Shown here: positions 63,036 through 64,000 of the stretch, in pieces
Position numbering within the stretch: the stretch's first letter is position 1
Layout: each line of letters begins with the position of its first letter
Source: Clostridiales bacterium
GTDB taxonomy: Bacteria; Bacillota; Clostridia; Christensenellales; CAG-138
Reading direction: 5' to 3'
DNA: 64,000 nucleotides
NCBI GenBank assembly: GCA_004558825.1
Contig: SFDB01000001.1
Span: 137,427-201,426 of the forward strand
Made by a program: the position numbers and the translations under genes
Notes under the pieces: generated by a model
Told to the model about the DNA's origin: nothing
The model's database searches: none
Seen by the model: only the letters and a program-made list of their open reading frames with translations

Positions 63036-63761
63036 CTATCCCTCCAGCAGGCAAAGCATCATCGCGGTTGCGGCCATGCCCGCCGTCTCTGTCCTCAGAA
63101 TCCTGTTGCCGAGCGTTATGGTGCGCGCGCCCTTTTTCTCAAGCGCGGCTACCTCTTCCGGCTCAAAGCCGCCCTCGGGTCCGATTATAAGCGCGGCAGA
63201 TTTCGGCCGCTTTTCGTCAAGCGCCGTTTTAAGCGTAAGCTCCCGCTCACATTCATATGCAACGAAAACGTCGTCATAGCTTGAAAAATCGCACCCGTCA
63301 AGCGACGCGACCTCCCGTACGCGCGGTATCCTTCCCCGCTTGGACTGCTTTGCCGCCTCGTAAGCTACGCGGTTATAGCGCTCCATTCGTGCGCCCATGT
63401 CCTTGCCGTCGAGCTTCACCACGCACCTTTTCGAGGTCACGGGAGCTATCTCGTATATACCAAGCTCGACGCATTTCTGTATTATAAGCTCAAGCTTTCC
63501 CGACTTGGGCAAGCACTGGAAAAGCGTTATGCGGCATTCAGGCTCCGCCGTCGATTCGCGGCGCGGCGATACGCTCAGTTCCACCTGCTTCCTGTCGGCA
63601 GACTCTATCGCTGCCGAGTATTCACCGCCCTCTCCGTCACAAAGCTCCACCTCGTCGCCGCGCTCAAGGCGCAGCACACGCGCAATATGCGCCGCATCGT
63701 CGCCCGTCACAACGGCTTTCCCATCGCATATTTGTGATTTATCAACAAAAAACCTGTTCAC
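63036..63761 (-). CDS. rsmE: 16S rRNA (uracil1498-N3)-methyltransferase
   Basis: ..NRFFVDK..HIARVLRL..GDEVELCDG.. N-terminus and C-terminal ..LIIGPEGGFEPEEV..LGNRILRTETAG... Likely GTG start at 63761, abutting the prmA stop. Confidence 0.9.
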   Translation of the reverse strand: MNRFFVDKSQICDGKAVVTGDDAAHIARVLRLERGDEVELCDGEGGEYSAAIESADRKQVELSVSPRRESTAEPECRITLFQCLPKSGKLELIIQKCVELGIYEIAPVTSKRCVVKLDGKDMGARMERYNRVAYEAAKQSKRGRIPRVREVASLDGCDFSSYDDVFVAYECERELTLKTALDEKRPKSAALIIGPEGGFEPEEVAALEKKGARTITLGNRILRTETAGMAATAMMLCLLEG

Positions 63762-64000
63762 TCGCGCTCCTTCACAGCTGTCAGCGCCGACCACTCGTCG
63801 AGCTTTTTCACCTCAAGCACTTTAAGTCCGTTATTTGCAAGCGCGTCCTTCACCTCGTCAAGACGTTCGAGTATTATGCCCGACGCGATGAATACGCCGT
63901 CGTCCTTCAGCAGAGCGGGTATCTGCGGCGCAAGCTTTATTATTACCGACGCGACTATGTTCGCCGTCACTATATCGTAGCGTTGCTTGGAGATTTCCCG
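63758..64000 (-). CDS. prmA: Ribosomal protein L11 methyltransferase (C-terminal part; 5' end off the window)
   Basis: The frame stays open to the window edge: ..REISKQRYDIVTANIVASVIIKLAPQIPALLKDDGVFIASGII..LEVKKLDEWSALTAVK, which is the PrmA C-terminus. Confidence 0.88.
   Translation of the reverse strand, partial: REISKQRYDIVTANIVASVIIKLAPQIPALLKDDGVFIASGIILERLDEVKDALANNGLKVLEVKKLDEWSALTAVKERE

Noticed and set aside
1-64000. CRISPR arrays, tRNA/rRNA genes, transposases, integrases, prophage or recognisable defence-system genes
   Set aside because: I found no regularly spaced direct repeats, no cloverleaf-like or rRNA-like segments in the intergenic gaps, and no recombinase or nuclease families in the translations. 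This was a search by eye only, so tRNAscan, Infernal and defence-HMM scans would be needed to confirm absence.

Overview
The window reads as chromosomal DNA from a moderately GC-rich, spore-forming Firmicute of the class Clostridia, possibly Oscillospiraceae/Ruminococcaceae-like; that taxon guess is inference only. Coding density is high. I support about 65 protein-coding genes, and I found no rRNA, tRNA, CRISPR array, transposase or integrase. All calls come from reading motifs in the supplied translations and the DNA; no database search was run.

Most of the content is core housekeeping:
- rluD-lspA / polA-coaE, gdhA, tkt, ftsH, and the gcvT-H-PA-PB operon.
- The Bacillus-like block mrnC-rlmB-yacP-sigH, then thyA.
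- jag-yidC-yidD-rnpA-rpmH, which here has no adjacent dnaA or oriC.
- The spoIIAA-spoIIAB-sigF operon, and prmA-rsmE-mtaB-HIT-rpsU.
- Two genes are missing from the ORF track because they are shorter than 60 aa: rpmH (39517..39651, -) and a 2x[4Fe-4S] ferredoxin (40007..40177, +). A third gene, rluD, is missing because it runs off the left edge.
- Many long ORFs in the track are antisense shadows of real genes.

The least-explained parts, in rough order of interest:
1. A tight CotH kinase / VTC polyphosphate-polymerase (tunnel) domain / DUF4956 membrane-protein cluster at 46647..51055. I propose it is a split VTC-like polyP synthesis and export module serving an extracytoplasmic kinase.
2. A MacB/FtsX-type ABC operon at 7838..11628 whose third component is a 567-aa exported, C-terminally anchored Ig-like-repeat protein rather than a membrane-fusion adaptor.
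3. A previously unannotated 192-bp structured intergenic element bounded by terminal inverted repeats (TIRs). It has two full copies (29846..30037 and 56721..56912) and one solo left-end hairpin (61295..61324), each lodged behind a gene end.
4. A roughly 200-nt leader containing an intrinsic terminator, upstream of an orphan Na+-pump decarboxylase beta/gamma pair (oadB/oadG).
5. A membrane-anchored protein carrying only a sigma-70 region-2-like domain (44350..44985).
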